Origin: Rebecca billardiae RCC1528
Taxonomy: Eukaryota > Protista > Haptophyta
DNA: 64,000 bases
Direction of reading: 5' to 3'
NCBI GenBank assembly: GCA_965240325.2
Contig: OZ251234.1
Location: forward strand, 868,001-932,000
Position 1 is the first letter of the stretch; every line of letters starts with the position of its first letter. The translations under genes and the position numbers were made by a program. The notes under the pieces were generated by a model. It was not told where the DNA came from. It did not search any database and was given only the letters and a program-made list of their open reading frames with translations. Shown piece after piece: positions 21,078-31,309 of this stretch.

Positions 21078-22793
21078 ATGGCGGCGTCGCCGTCGCGCGC
21101 AATTAGCATGCGTGGCTTTGGCAGCATGCTGGCGCATGCGCTCGTGTGGCTGGCAGCGCTGGCCTCGCGGTCCGCGCAGGCGCGACCCGTCGGCTCTAGC
21201 GCTCACGCGCGCACTCTGCGCGTGGGTCCGGCCTCGCTGCGCCCGCCCGCAGCCTCGGCCTCGCGAGTGGCGCTCGGCTGCGCCCGCGCGCAGGCGGCCG
21301 CGCGCCGCATGCTTGGCGGTGTCGCGCTTGGCGCGAGCATCGGACTCGGCTCTCTCGCGCCGGACATGTGCGTGCCTGAGCTCCTCCGCGCTGTCCCGCC
21401 CGCGCTGGCCGCCGAGAGCCCGACCGAGCCGCGGCGCGTGCTGGGTGAGGCGTGGGACCTTGCCGACCGCTACTTTCTCGACCGCTCGTTTGGCGGGCAC
21501 GATTGGAAGGCGGTGCGCGCGCAGTACGTCGACGGCACGCCCGCGGGCGCGAGCGAGGAGAAGGTCGAGGACCGACTCAAGGAGATGTACTCGCTGCTCG
21601 GCGATCGCTACTCGCGCGCGCTCTCGCCTGCGGAGGCTGCCAAGCTCGCCAAGTTCGACGTGACCGGCGTGAACGTGAACGTGATGAAGACTGAGGACGG
21701 CAGGCTGGTCGTCTCCGCCGTGCCGCCCGCCGACTCGGAGAGCGCGAAGGCGGGGGTGCGCTTCGGCGACCGCGTGCTCGCGATTAACGGCGTGTCCATG
21801 AGCGGCAAGACGCCCTTCGACGCGCTCGACGTGATCCAGGCGCGCACAGACGGCTTCGTCGAAATGGAGCTGGCGCATCCGGCGGCAGGCGCGGAGCAGG
21901 CGGCGCCGGCGGCGCCGGGCGTGGCCGCCACGCCGCCGGCGTCAGCGGACGGCGAGCCGTACCGCGTGCGCCTCAAGCGCACGTTCACCGTCTCGAGCCC
22001 GGTCGAGAGCGCGCTCGTCCGGCTCGGCGGCTCCGGCCCCGACGGCCGCGGCGTCGGGTACGTTCGGCTCAAGGAGTTCAACTCGGTGGGCAAGCGGCAG
22101 GTGGCGGAGACGCTGCGCGAGCTCGAGGGCAAGGGCGCGGACGCGTACGCGCGCGCTCGCGCCGCCGAGGCGCGTGCGCTTGCGCGGCAACCGCACCCGC
22201 ACGCGCGCGCTCATCACGCGCGTGCGCTCACGCGCGTGCGTGACGCCCGCGGTTCCGCGCGTGCGGCCTCGCGCGCGTGCAGGTACGTGCTGGACCTGCG
22301 GGGCAACCTCGGCGGCGTGCTCGAGGGCGCCATCGGCATCGCAGGCTACTTCACGGGGAAGGGCACGCCCGTCGTGGACGTCGTCGACGGCGCGGGCACC
22401 AAGCAGCGCTACAGCACGTCCGAGGAGCGGATCATCCCCGCGGGGAAGCAGCTGGTCTTGCTGGTCGACGGGCGCAGCGCGAGCGCGAGCGAGGTGCTCG
22501 CTGGCGCGCTGCACGACAGCTGCCGCGCGACGCTGGTCGGGGAGCGCACGTTTGGCAAGGGCGTGATCCAGGGTGTGTTTGGGCTGAGCGACGGCGGCGC
22601 CGTCATCCTCACGCTCGCCGAGTACCGCTCGCCCTCGGGCGCGGTGATCAACACGGTGGGCGTGCAGCCCGACGCGGCTGTGCCGCTTGTGAGCAACGTG
22701 TTCCCGCCACTGCTCTCGCTCGACCTCGACAAAGCGCTCTCTGCGGCGAGCGCAGCCCCTCGCCCTGCGCAGTGCGCCGCACCGACGAGCTAG
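21078..22793 (+). CDS. ctpA: C-terminal processing peptidase S41A (plastid lumen CtpA-like); in-frame intron 22145-22282
   Basis: Signal/transit peptide and RR...ALA lumen signal; LGDRYSR, PDZ domain, GYVRLKEFN, YVLDLRGNLGG, SASASEVLAGAL, TFGKGVIQ. Confidence 0.92.
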   Translation: MAASPSRAISMRGFGSMLAHALVWLAALASRSAQARPVGSSAHARTLRVGPASLRPPAASASRVALGCARAQAAARRMLGGVALGASIGLGSLAPDMCVPELLRAVPPALAAESPTEPRRVLGEAWDLADRYFLDRSFGGHDWKAVRAQYVDGTPAGASEEKVEDRLKEMYSLLGDRYSRALSPAEAAKLAKFDVTGVNVNVMKTEDGRLVVSAVPPADSESAKAGVRFGDRVLAINGVSMSGKTPFDALDVIQARTDGFVEMELAHPAAGAEQAAPAAPGVAATPPASADGEPYRVRLKRTFTVSSPVESALVRLGGSGPDGRGVGYVRLKEFNSVGKRQVAETLRELEGKGADAYARARAAEARALARQPHPHARAHHARALTRVRDARGSARAASRACRYVLDLRGNLGGVLEGAIGIAGYFTGKGTPVVDVVDGAGTKQRYSTSEERIIPAGKQLVLLVDGRSASASEVLAGALHDSCRATLVGERTFGKGVIQGVFGLSDGGAVILTLAEYRSPSGAVINTVGVQPDAAVPLVSNVFPPLLSLDLDKALSAASAAPRPAQCAAPTS

Positions 22794-23270
22794 CGCGTCG
22801 CGCGCGCGGGCCGTGCTGCCCAACGGAGGTCACGCATCCTCGTAGAGGGTGATCCGCGCTGGTCTCAGCAGCGTCGTCATCGCGGCCGTCTGACGAGTGA
22901 CGGTCGGTCGCGCGTCCTGCATCGTGCAGGTCGACTACACACCTCACGACTACGCCGGCTCGGCAGAACTACATGCTGTGCGCGTTCATCGTCGTTGAAG
23001 CGCCTGCGTGAGGCTGTGTCGAGTGCCGTTGCTCCGAAGTGAGTCAGAGTCATGAATATTGACATTGCTGGACCAACTGTGTCGTCCTACTCAGCTGGCG
23101 GACCGCAGACCGCTGTGAAATGTGCTGCGCGGAAAATCTCGTCACGCCATCAGCAAATTCCGATGCAGAATGGATCAATATCGTCCGCCAAAATCGTCGT
23201 CAAATACACTACGTGCGTGTCATAGAATTAGTATTAGATTCGTCAAGCCTTTGGCCTTGACGAGGAAGTA

Positions 23271-23939
23271 CAGGTGGGTGAGGGCAGAATGAGACAAAAT
23301 CCCGGATCGTGTTTTGCGCTCCACCACGATGGCGCTCACGCCCTTCGCGCACGTCGTCGTGGAGGGCATCAGACGAAGAGTTCAAGCTGCGAGTCTCGTG
23401 GGCTAACTCCATGCCGTTGAGGAGCACGAGCACCATCAAGTTTGTCTCACTTTGGGGGGGGGAGGGCACTTTGAGACAAACCGCGTGCGCACGCCCGACG
23501 AGCTCACCAACTGGGGAGAGCAAGCTTCCCATGGGCTCTTGGCGCGTGTCTGACGTCCCTACTGCCTCCCATTGCATGGCCAGCCGTCAGGTTGGCGTCC
23601 CCTTGCAGTAGTAGACTACCTTGCTCACGTCACTGAAGGGCACCGTGCATCGCGGTTCGCGGCCGTCTCACAGTGGCGGGGCACGTTCGGCGGCTACGTT
23701 TGGTGCGTGCAGGCCAGGCATGGGCAGCGGAGCGGCCGGCAAACGAGCGGAGGTGCCAGGCATGCACCTTGGGCACACATGCGACGCGTCTTGACAGACT
23801 TGCGTCCACCTCATCGGGCGCTGTTAGCGCGTGCGAGGCGGGCGCCATGCACCACGCCCAGTGGGCGCCACTGGGCCGCCACTGGGCCGCCGCCTTTGTC
23901 TCAAAGTGCCCTCTGTCTCATTCTGCCCTCATCGACCTG
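23271..23939. mobile_element. Tc1/mariner-type MITE with TA TSD
   Basis: TA|CAGGTGGGTGAGGGCAGAATGAGACA ... TGTCTCATTCTGCCCTCATCGACCTG|TA (24/26 match). Second subterminal unit GAGGGCACTTTGAGACAAA at 23462-23480 matches 23895-23913. Confidence 0.8.
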
Positions 23940-23983
23940 TAGCGACCGGCCGCCGGGATCGGGAACTCGCCGAACGTCGAGAG

Positions 23984-25555
23984 ATGGTTGGGATGGCGGT
24001 GTGCTGGCTGGCCCTGCCACTCGTGTCGGCGGCGAGCGCACTGCATGCGCCCACGGTGACGCTCGGCCGACCACGCGCTCTCCACGCGCGGCGCGGTCCG
24101 GCCACCGTGGCCATGCGCGCTGCGTACGACGGCTTTGATTGGGAAGCTCAATGGTATCCCATCGCTTGGGCGGAGGACTGCCGCGTGGACCAGCCGTTCA
24201 AAGCGACCCTGTTCGACGAGGACTACGCCGTAGTCGTGCGCAGTGGCGACCGCCCGCCCATCGCCATGCGCGACCGCTGCCCACACCGGCTTGCGGCGCT
24301 CTCTGAGGGCCGCCTCACGGCGCAGGGCTGGCTGCAGTGCTCCTACCACGGCTTTGCATTCGAGGGCGAGACGGGCCGGTGCGCGTCCATCCCGCAGCTG
24401 CAGCCCCCGGCGCAGAAAGCGGGCCAGTCGCTCTGTGCCGACGCAGTCGCAGTCGCAATCGTCGACGGGATGGTCTGGCTGCACCCGACTGCCGCGCCCG
24501 CTGACGCCCCGCCCGTGCCACGCGACATTCCCGAGCTTGCGGACCCGCGCTTCAAGGCGGTGACGGCGGTGCGCGACTTCCCCGTGGACTACTCGCTCCT
24601 CATCGAGAACATCCAGGACCCGAGCCACTTCTACTTCGCCCACCAGCGGCCCACGTACGACGTGTACGACGCATCGGCCGACGCGCCGCAGACAGTGAGC
24701 GTGCACGATGACCCTGGCGAGCGGCTGGAGCTGGCGTCGAGCGTGCTGGGCGTGCCGAAGCTGACGCCGCCGTCGCCTCCGAAGGGGAAGGCCAAGCCGC
24801 AGCCCCCTCCGCCGACAGCCACCACGCGCTTCATCCCGCCGTGCACCATCGTCTCGTGCCGCCGCGACGCCGAGGGCGAGACCAAATTCCTCACTGTCTT
24901 CTACGTCTTGCCGGTGGGCGTGGGGCGCTCGCGCTTCCTTACGGCGGGCGTGGGCCGGCTGCCCGTGATGCCGCCGCGCTGGGTGCAGCACGTGCAGCTG
25001 AACAACTTCCTCGACCAGGACACCTTCCTGCTCGCGACGCAGCAGCCGCACGCCCTCGGCGCCGAGCTGGACGCGCACGAGGCGGGGCAGCCGCTGCGCC
25101 GGCGCTCTCTCTTCTCGTACCGCACGCCGTCTGAGCCGATGCTGGTCGAGGTGGGCAAGTTCCTCGACAGCGCGCTGCCGCGCATGCCGCGCCGGTACGC
25201 TGCGCCGGAGCGCATGCGCGCGCCCGTCGGCCCGCGCGAGGAGGTGCTCGACCGCTGGACGCAGCACACGGCCATCTGCCCCGACTCGCAGGCGCTCGTG
25301 CGCACGTGCCGGGCACTGAGCCTTGCGTGCCGCGCGGCGCTCGGCGCGCTCGCGTTCGCACAAGCGTACACGCGCGCACGGCTCCGTCCCGGCGTGGCCG
25401 TCGCCGCGGCGCTGCTCATGGCCACGTGGCGCGCCGCCGCCCGCCTTGGGGCCGAATTCCGCTTCAAGCAGACCTCCGAGCGCCACCAGGCCGATATGGC
25501 CGCCATCCCTGCCGTCTTTGATGACAGCCGGCTCGAGGGCGCGGCAGCCAGTTGA
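23984..25555 (+). CDS. Plastid Rieske mononuclear-iron oxygenase, PAO/PTC52/TIC55 family
   Basis: Bipartite presequence; FDWEAQWYPIAW; Rieske CPHR...CSYHG; ENIQDPSHFYFAH Fe site; FLDQD; LDRWTQHTAICPDS; C-terminal TMs. Confidence 0.9.
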   Translation: MVGMAVCWLALPLVSAASALHAPTVTLGRPRALHARRGPATVAMRAAYDGFDWEAQWYPIAWAEDCRVDQPFKATLFDEDYAVVVRSGDRPPIAMRDRCPHRLAALSEGRLTAQGWLQCSYHGFAFEGETGRCASIPQLQPPAQKAGQSLCADAVAVAIVDGMVWLHPTAAPADAPPVPRDIPELADPRFKAVTAVRDFPVDYSLLIENIQDPSHFYFAHQRPTYDVYDASADAPQTVSVHDDPGERLELASSVLGVPKLTPPSPPKGKAKPQPPPPTATTRFIPPCTIVSCRRDAEGETKFLTVFYVLPVGVGRSRFLTAGVGRLPVMPPRWVQHVQLNNFLDQDTFLLATQQPHALGAELDAHEAGQPLRRRSLFSYRTPSEPMLVEVGKFLDSALPRMPRRYAAPERMRAPVGPREEVLDRWTQHTAICPDSQALVRTCRALSLACRAALGALAFAQAYTRARLRPGVAVAAALLMATWRAAARLGAEFRFKQTSERHQADMAAIPAVFDDSRLEGAAAS

Positions 25556-26383
25556 ACCAGAACCACTGCCCGCCTTTCCGCCCGTTGGCTCAGACGTGGT
25601 CCGGCCGCTCGCGGCGGCTGGTCAGTCACTGCGCACCGCAGGCCATGCTTCTGCGCGGCTCGGGGACCAACCCGCCGTACCGCGTCGCGTGCCCTGCTGC
25701 GGATGGCACACGACTGATGGCATTAACAGCGCGCGGTCTGATTCATCGCGGAAATAGATCGGATTCGGCGCATCTAAGCACATCATCAGCAGGTCGTGTA
25801 CAGCAACACAGACATCAAGCGCAATAAGCAGCTTTAGTACACCACGCGGTTCGCGTTGCTTATTAAATAATAATGCGCTATTAATATTGGCAGTACCGAA
25901 CGTACACTCAGTCGTCTAAGCTACAGACACAGTCTCAGTGTATTCACGGTAGTACTAGTAGTGCGCGCGTGGTCAACTATATATAATCGCGAGCCCCGCT
26001 CGCATTGGTTGTTCTGTAAGAACAAGCATGCGAGCGGAGCGAGTTTTCCGGTAGGACACGCGAAGTCCGGTGATTCTTACAAAGTTGATGGCCTTCCAAT
26101 AGGTATCCCGAGGAATACAGTTTAGTCAGATCCCAATTGGGGCCAACGGTTTTTTCGTGCAATCTGTCAGCAGTCGACTCGAGCCCCCAGCTACGTCCGC
26201 GGTAACAGCAAGAGATGTGATGATGATGCGGTGATTCAAGGGATGGAGTAGCTACTGTACGGTCAGGGGCTGCCTTGGTGCGGTACCGCTTACATGTGTA
26301 CTGGGCACCAACTGATCAAGTTCTGAACCGATGATGAACAGCTGCTGATGATGAACACACGGAAGCCGATGAATCATGAAAGG

Positions 26384-28148
26384 CGAAAGCGACTAATAAG
26401 CGAGCCTCCCCGTATGCTTCCAACCGGTTCCTCCCGGTTTAGCTTGGAAACCGGTCAACATGAAGCTGGAGAGAGCACGGACCAGTGAAGGTGCTTCACA
26501 CTGCTTTCAGCTTCCTCTCGGTTGCTTCCGGTTCCTCCCGGTTCGGCACATGAAGCTGGAGAGAGCAAGGACCAGTGAAGGTGCTTTACACTGCTTTCAG
26601 CTTCCTCTCGGTTGCTTCCGGCGGTTCCTCACGGTTCGGCAAGAGAGCAAGGACCGCCTTGCTCCGGCCACGAAGGTGCTTCAGCCTCCTCCGGTTGCTC
26701 GCTCCCTTCATGAGATCGGTGCGCAGTGATGATGAGCTGGAGTGATGAATGAGCTGAGGAAGCCGGACAACACCAAACAAGCAGTGCCGGACCGCCCCGG
26801 GCCGGGATGCGGGATCGCGGGCGCCCTCGCCAAAGGCGCGCGCTCCTTGCGGCCGCGGATCTCCCAGTGGATGCGGCGCGTGGTCGGTGCCAAGGCGCAT
26901 GCGGCAGGTCGGTGCCAAGGCGCATGCGGCATACGTGAACCGCACCCCGGCTGCTCGCCGAACCCGGCGCCGTGACCGCTCGGCGCACCGCGTGCGCGTG
27001 CGGCTCGCAGGATGCAGCAGCTTCGGGAGGTGTCGCATCGCAGTGCCTGCTGCTTCCAGCTGCTGCTTCTTCACAGGCTTGAGGCTGCTCGCACGACCAT
27101 CTCGCCGCGACTGCTCCGCAAACCGCTGGAGGCACCGTCGCACAGCTTGGCCCTGCCCGCGCGGAGTCCGAGTGACCGTGAGTCCGCGCCGCGGGAGTCT
27201 GCCGAGGACTGCTCCGGCCCGCGGGCTTGGCGACTGAGACTGGCTTAGCTGCTTCCTCCTATCGAAGACAGCAGCTCTGCTACTTATAGCTAACAGTCAG
27301 CACTAGTATCGACTACATATATAGTTCACATATTTCAGCGCATCCAAACGTCCAACCAACATCAGGCCCTATCAGCCGCGGCGCCGTTGCCGCCGAGCTC
27401 GGCGCCGCGTTCATCGAAAGCGACTAATAAGCGAGCCTCCCCGTATGCTTCCGGTTCCTCCCGGTTGCTTGGAAACCGGTCAACATGAAGCTGGAGAGAG
27501 CAAGGACCAGTGAAGGTGCTTTATAATATCATACACTGCTTTCAGCTTCCTCTCGGTTGCTTCCGGTTCCTCACGGTTCGGCACATGAAGCTGGAGAGAG
27601 CAAGGACCAGTGAAGGTGCTTTACACTGCTTTCAGCTTCCTCTCGGTTGCTTCCGGTTCCTCACGGTTCGGCAAGAGAGAGAGCAAGGACCCGTGACTAG
27701 GTGCTTCAGCTTCGTCCTCCGTTGCTCGCTCCCTTCAAGAGATCGGGGTGAAGGAGTGAGGACTGTGATGATGTCATGATGCTGAGGAAGCCGGACAAAC
27801 ACCAAGCAAGCAGTGCCGGACCGCCCCGGCCGGCGGTGCGGAAGCACTGCGCAGGCGGGTCTACGATGCTTCGCCCTCGCCAAGGCGCGCACTTCTTGCG
27901 GCCGCAGATCTCCCAGTGGATGCGGCGCGTGGTCGGTGCCAAGGCGTGCGGAATAGTGTGTGCCCCTCGTACCTGAACCTCACCCCGGCTGCTCGCCGGA
28001 CCCAGCGCCATGACCGCTGCGCGCACCGCGTGCGCGTGCGGCTCGCAGTCGCGGACGCTTCGTCCGCAAACCGCGGGCGGTCAGAAGGATGCAGCAGCTT
28101 CGGGAGGTGCCGCATCGGAGTGCCTGCTGCTTCGAGCTGCTGCTTCTT
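26384..28148 (+). repeat. Nested tandem duplication: ~0.7-kb unit at 26384-27071 and 27415-28148, each holding ~2.5 copies of a 90-bp subunit
   Basis: Both copies start CGAAAGCGACTAATAAGCGAGCCTCCCCGTATGCTTCC. The subunit CATGAAGCTGGAGAGAGCAAGGACCAGTGAAGGTGCTTTACACTGCTTTCAGCTTCCTCTCGGTTGCTTCCGG... occurs four times. Confidence 0.92.
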
Positions 28149-28244
28149 GCTTCTCCCACCACCTGCGAGCACTCCCACCACCTGCGCGCTTGCTTCTGCT
28201 TGCTTCTCCCCGACCACCTGCGCGCTTGTTTCTTGCGTGCAGCA

Positions 28245-28447
28245 GCCACCATACCGCATGCACGCAGCAGTACCACACCATGCGCACAACAGTGCCATAC
28301 CATGCGCGCAGCAGTACCGCCAGTACCATACCATCATGCGTGCAGCAGTACCATACCATGCACGCGGCAGTACCATACCACTTGCGCGCAGCACGGTACC
28401 GCCAGTACTCTGTCACTACTGTCGTACCATCATGCGTGCAGCAGTAT
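28245..28447 (+). repeat. Degenerate ~22-25-bp minisatellite (GCAGTACCATACCATGCGC)
   Basis: About 8 imperfect copies of cagtaccataccat(c)atgcg. Confidence 0.8.
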
Positions 28448-29171
28448 TGATGAAGTCGTGGTGGCCTGTGTGGCGCGCGGCGCTGACGGTCACAGAGCGG
28501 CCAGCGGGGCGAGCCCTGCATTCCGGTAGGACCGGGGTGAATGCAGCATTGCCGGGTGCAACCCGGCAATGCCCGCCTGAATGGTATAATAACCGGCTGT
28601 TCCAGCTATACGTTAGAAGTACCCGGTCCCGGCGCGGTCCCGGAGGCCCGCACGCGGCGACACGTGTCTGAGATCGACTAATAACTCTGATGCCACTCGG
28701 TGAAGCCCAGTGGCCAGTATAAGTGACTTAGTGAGACGACCGCCGTTCGACGACGCGTTCGGCCAGCGTTATACAACAAACGACCGCGTCGCTCTTCTTA
28801 AATTTAAAATAAAACCGCGCGCGGACAGACGTGTGAGTGTCCGACTGTCCGTAGGCTGCATGTGCGCCGACTCCTCGCCCTTGGAGACGCATCCGCGCCC
28901 GCCCCATCATCCGCCGCTGCGATCAAAGTTGTCTGGCATCAGCGTTTTGGCTTCAACGTGGTACGGGCAGTTGCTGTTGGCAGACTGTGAGGCCGCAGCC
29001 TGAGGCGTCGGTCCTCGGGAGCACAGTGACCCACGCCTCCGCGTCAAATCCTTGTCCGTGTCGCCATGCCCAAATCCCAATGGCGATATAGCCTATCACC
29101 ACTGCTGGGACAGGGCCGGCCCGTCAAGGCTCCAGCCCCACTCAACCGATGCCGGCGCCAACAGGTGACTT

Positions 29172-29642
29172 TCAGAACGAGATGTCCTCGACGCCTAAAG
29201 TCTCTTTGACCCGCGCCGCGATGGCCTCAGCGCTCGCGTCGTCATCTCCATCGATGTGGATGCCCCCGACAATGCGGCCGCCTAAGAACGCTTCCACGTC
29301 CTGCTTGTGCATCGCAACCTTGCCGCGCAGCATCGCGCCGACGGACGAGCCGACGTGAGTCAGAAAGATGTACTTTGTGGCGTTCTCCCCGCCGGTTCTC
29401 ACGCGAAACGCGCCGTACGTCACTGCGTCGTCCACCAGGAGTGGCGCGAAGGTGTCCGCTGCGCCATCACCGCTGCTGCGAATGGTGATGCGTGTCTTGC
29501 TCCCAGGCGCGTAGGTGAAGAGCACCCACGCATTCTGACCGTCGAGCACGCGATCCCGGCACGTCATGAGCTCGGGGTCTGACAGGTCTACATCCGATGT
29601 CGGCTTCACCGAGTACAGCTTGGCGGCTTCGCCTTGGAGCAT
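29172..29642 (-). CDS. Coactosin-like ADF-H actin-binding protein
   Basis: WVLFTY..SSGDG..LVDDAVTYGAFRV..TKYIFLTHVGSSVGAMLRGKVAMHKQDV. ATG 29642 gives 156 aa; alternative upstream ATGs at 29750 and 29759. Confidence 0.85.
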   Translation of the reverse strand: MLQGEAAKLYSVKPTSDVDLSDPELMTCRDRVLDGQNAWVLFTYAPGSKTRITIRSSGDGAADTFAPLLVDDAVTYGAFRVRTGGENATKYIFLTHVGSSVGAMLRGKVAMHKQDVEAFLGGRIVGGIHIDGDDDASAEAIAARVKETLGVEDISF

Positions 29643-29748
29643 CGTGCGGCCGGCGCGCGTCGCCGAGCCGAGTGCTCCGTCGTTGGGCCCCCCCTTTATT
29701 TCTTTGATACCAGAGGGCGCCAACTCCGCCAAGCTGCAATCAAGCGCC

Positions 29749-30819
29749 ATGCGCTGCATCGCACACTGCCGTGCGGGGGCGATCCTCTGCGTGGTCTTCT
29801 CGCCACCCGCGCGAGGAGCCCAGCGCTCCGAGCTGGACGTCAGGCTGGCCGGTCACCCTAGCGCCGGCGGCACGCGCGGTACCGGCCACCCGGGGCTGGC
29901 CTCGACGACGGCGCGCACGTTGTGCACGCGTGCTTGGGACACATGCAGCGTCGTGTCCACGTCTGGAGTGCTGCTGCTCGCGCATGCGGGGGAGCTGATC
30001 GACTCAGCAGACGCTGTGGTTCGGCTTGGGATCGGACCCACGCGCGGGTACGAGCAGCACGTGGGCGCACGCACTGATTTGCGCTACCTCGCAAACACGT
30101 TTGCGCAAGTCGGCCGAAACGTCTCACTCGAGCTGGTGCACGCAGCCCTCGGCGAAGCGCCCGGCGCGACGATCTTGTGGCACACGAACAGCGGAAATTA
30201 CTGCCCGGCCACGATGCGTGCGCTGCGCGAGTGCCATCCGCGCACGACCATCTGCCCTGTCCGGGCGGACGTGCGACGCGGCGCGAGCTCGTGCCTGCAG
30301 AACTCGACCAGCCCGAGCTCTGGCTTCAGCGCGCTGTATGCGCTCATGGCCACGGGCATATGCAGGCGCGCGCGTCTCTTCGGGTTCATCGACCCCCCTG
30401 ACACCGACGGCGTGAAGTACCACTACTTCCGCTCGGGCCTGGGCGAGGTGGATGGCTCGCTGCGCAGGCGGTACGCTGCGCACGACAAAACCCGAGCGGC
30501 CGGCCGGAACGCGCACTCGATGTCGGCCGAGCACCGATGGCTTCACACAGTGGGCACGGCTGTCGCTGATGGCGCCTTGGCTGTGCCTAGGGGCCCGCGC
30601 GCTGGGCGCACCCGCCGCGCGCTGGTGATCGGTGCCGGTCGCGCGCGCACGCCGCCAGCGCGTGCTATGCCGACCTACCTCGAGTTGACCGCAGACACCA
30701 TGCGTGCACACTGCTGGCACTGGCGGCGTGCGGAGGTGGTGCAAAAGCTGCTCCAGTACGGCAACGCGAGCGTGCCCCTCGACGGCTCGGCATGCCAGCG
30801 CGCGTACCCCTTTTGCTGA
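29749..30819 (+). CDS. Glycosyltransferase family 29 (sialyltransferase-like)
   Basis: Sialylmotif L (CSVVSTSGVLL..GELIDSADAVVRL..PTRGYEQHVGART), motif S (PSSGF..C..RLFGF), motif III (YHYF), motif VS (HSMSAEH). Confidence 0.9.
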   Translation: MRCIAHCRAGAILCVVFSPPARGAQRSELDVRLAGHPSAGGTRGTGHPGLASTTARTLCTRAWDTCSVVSTSGVLLLAHAGELIDSADAVVRLGIGPTRGYEQHVGARTDLRYLANTFAQVGRNVSLELVHAALGEAPGATILWHTNSGNYCPATMRALRECHPRTTICPVRADVRRGASSCLQNSTSPSSGFSALYALMATGICRRARLFGFIDPPDTDGVKYHYFRSGLGEVDGSLRRRYAAHDKTRAAGRNAHSMSAEHRWLHTVGTAVADGALAVPRGPRAGRTRRALVIGAGRARTPPARAMPTYLELTADTMRAHCWHWRRAEVVQKLLQYGNASVPLDGSACQRAYPFC

Positions 30820-30861
30820 GAGCATCGGGACGGAGCAAATCTATATAGTTGCTTAAAAGCA

Positions 30862-30862
<1 letters not shown>

Positions 30863-30907
<45 letters not shown>
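30863..30907. repeat. (TA)n microsatellite
   Basis: Direct observation. Confidence 0.95.
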
Positions 30908-30909
<2 letters not shown>

Positions 30910-31309
30910 CGAATATGATGCGCGCTAGCTACTATAAAATGACCACGTTCCGCGGTCCTTTTCCGTAGAACCAACGCAGTTGGGGGCCCGCGGCGCAGTG
31001 GTTGAGAATGAGACCGTGACGTCGTCAATCCGCACGGTCTGGCGTCTGCCTGGCAGTCAGACAGGCCGAGCCGCACCGTCTCGGAGAGTGAGTGAGAGTC
31101 AGACCCGTCCGTCGGACTCGCGGCGCGTGAATGGGCGCGCCGACGGCCAAGGGTGGCACGGGACACCAGCGGACGGGCCGCGCGGGGAAGCGGGGCGGCG
31201 CGCGCGCAGGGCGAGAGGCGCGGACGGGCCGCGCGGGGAAGCGGGGCGGCGCGCGTGCAGGGCGAGAGGCGCCGCGCGGCGCGGGCCGGCGCGTGCGCGC
31301 GCGCGCGCG

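Noticed and set aside
13301-22282. In-frame, stop-free introns (114, 102, 96, 138 bp) as a regulated intron-retention system
   Set aside because: Four of 10 introns being multiples of three is near chance, and stop codons are rare at this GC content.
26345-26390. CTGATGA...GAAA as a hammerhead ribozyme
   Set aside because: No convincing stems I-III or cleavage triplet could be built around the core.
26459-27672. 90-bp repeats as a CRISPR-like array
   Set aside because: Units are contiguous with no unique spacers, the length is atypical, the context is eukaryotic, and no cas-like ORFs are present.
29748-29751. Overlapping start codons (CATG) of the coactosin-like and GT29 genes
   Set aside because: The downstream ATG at 29642 gives a normal-sized ADF-H protein, and the intervening sequence looks like a promoter.
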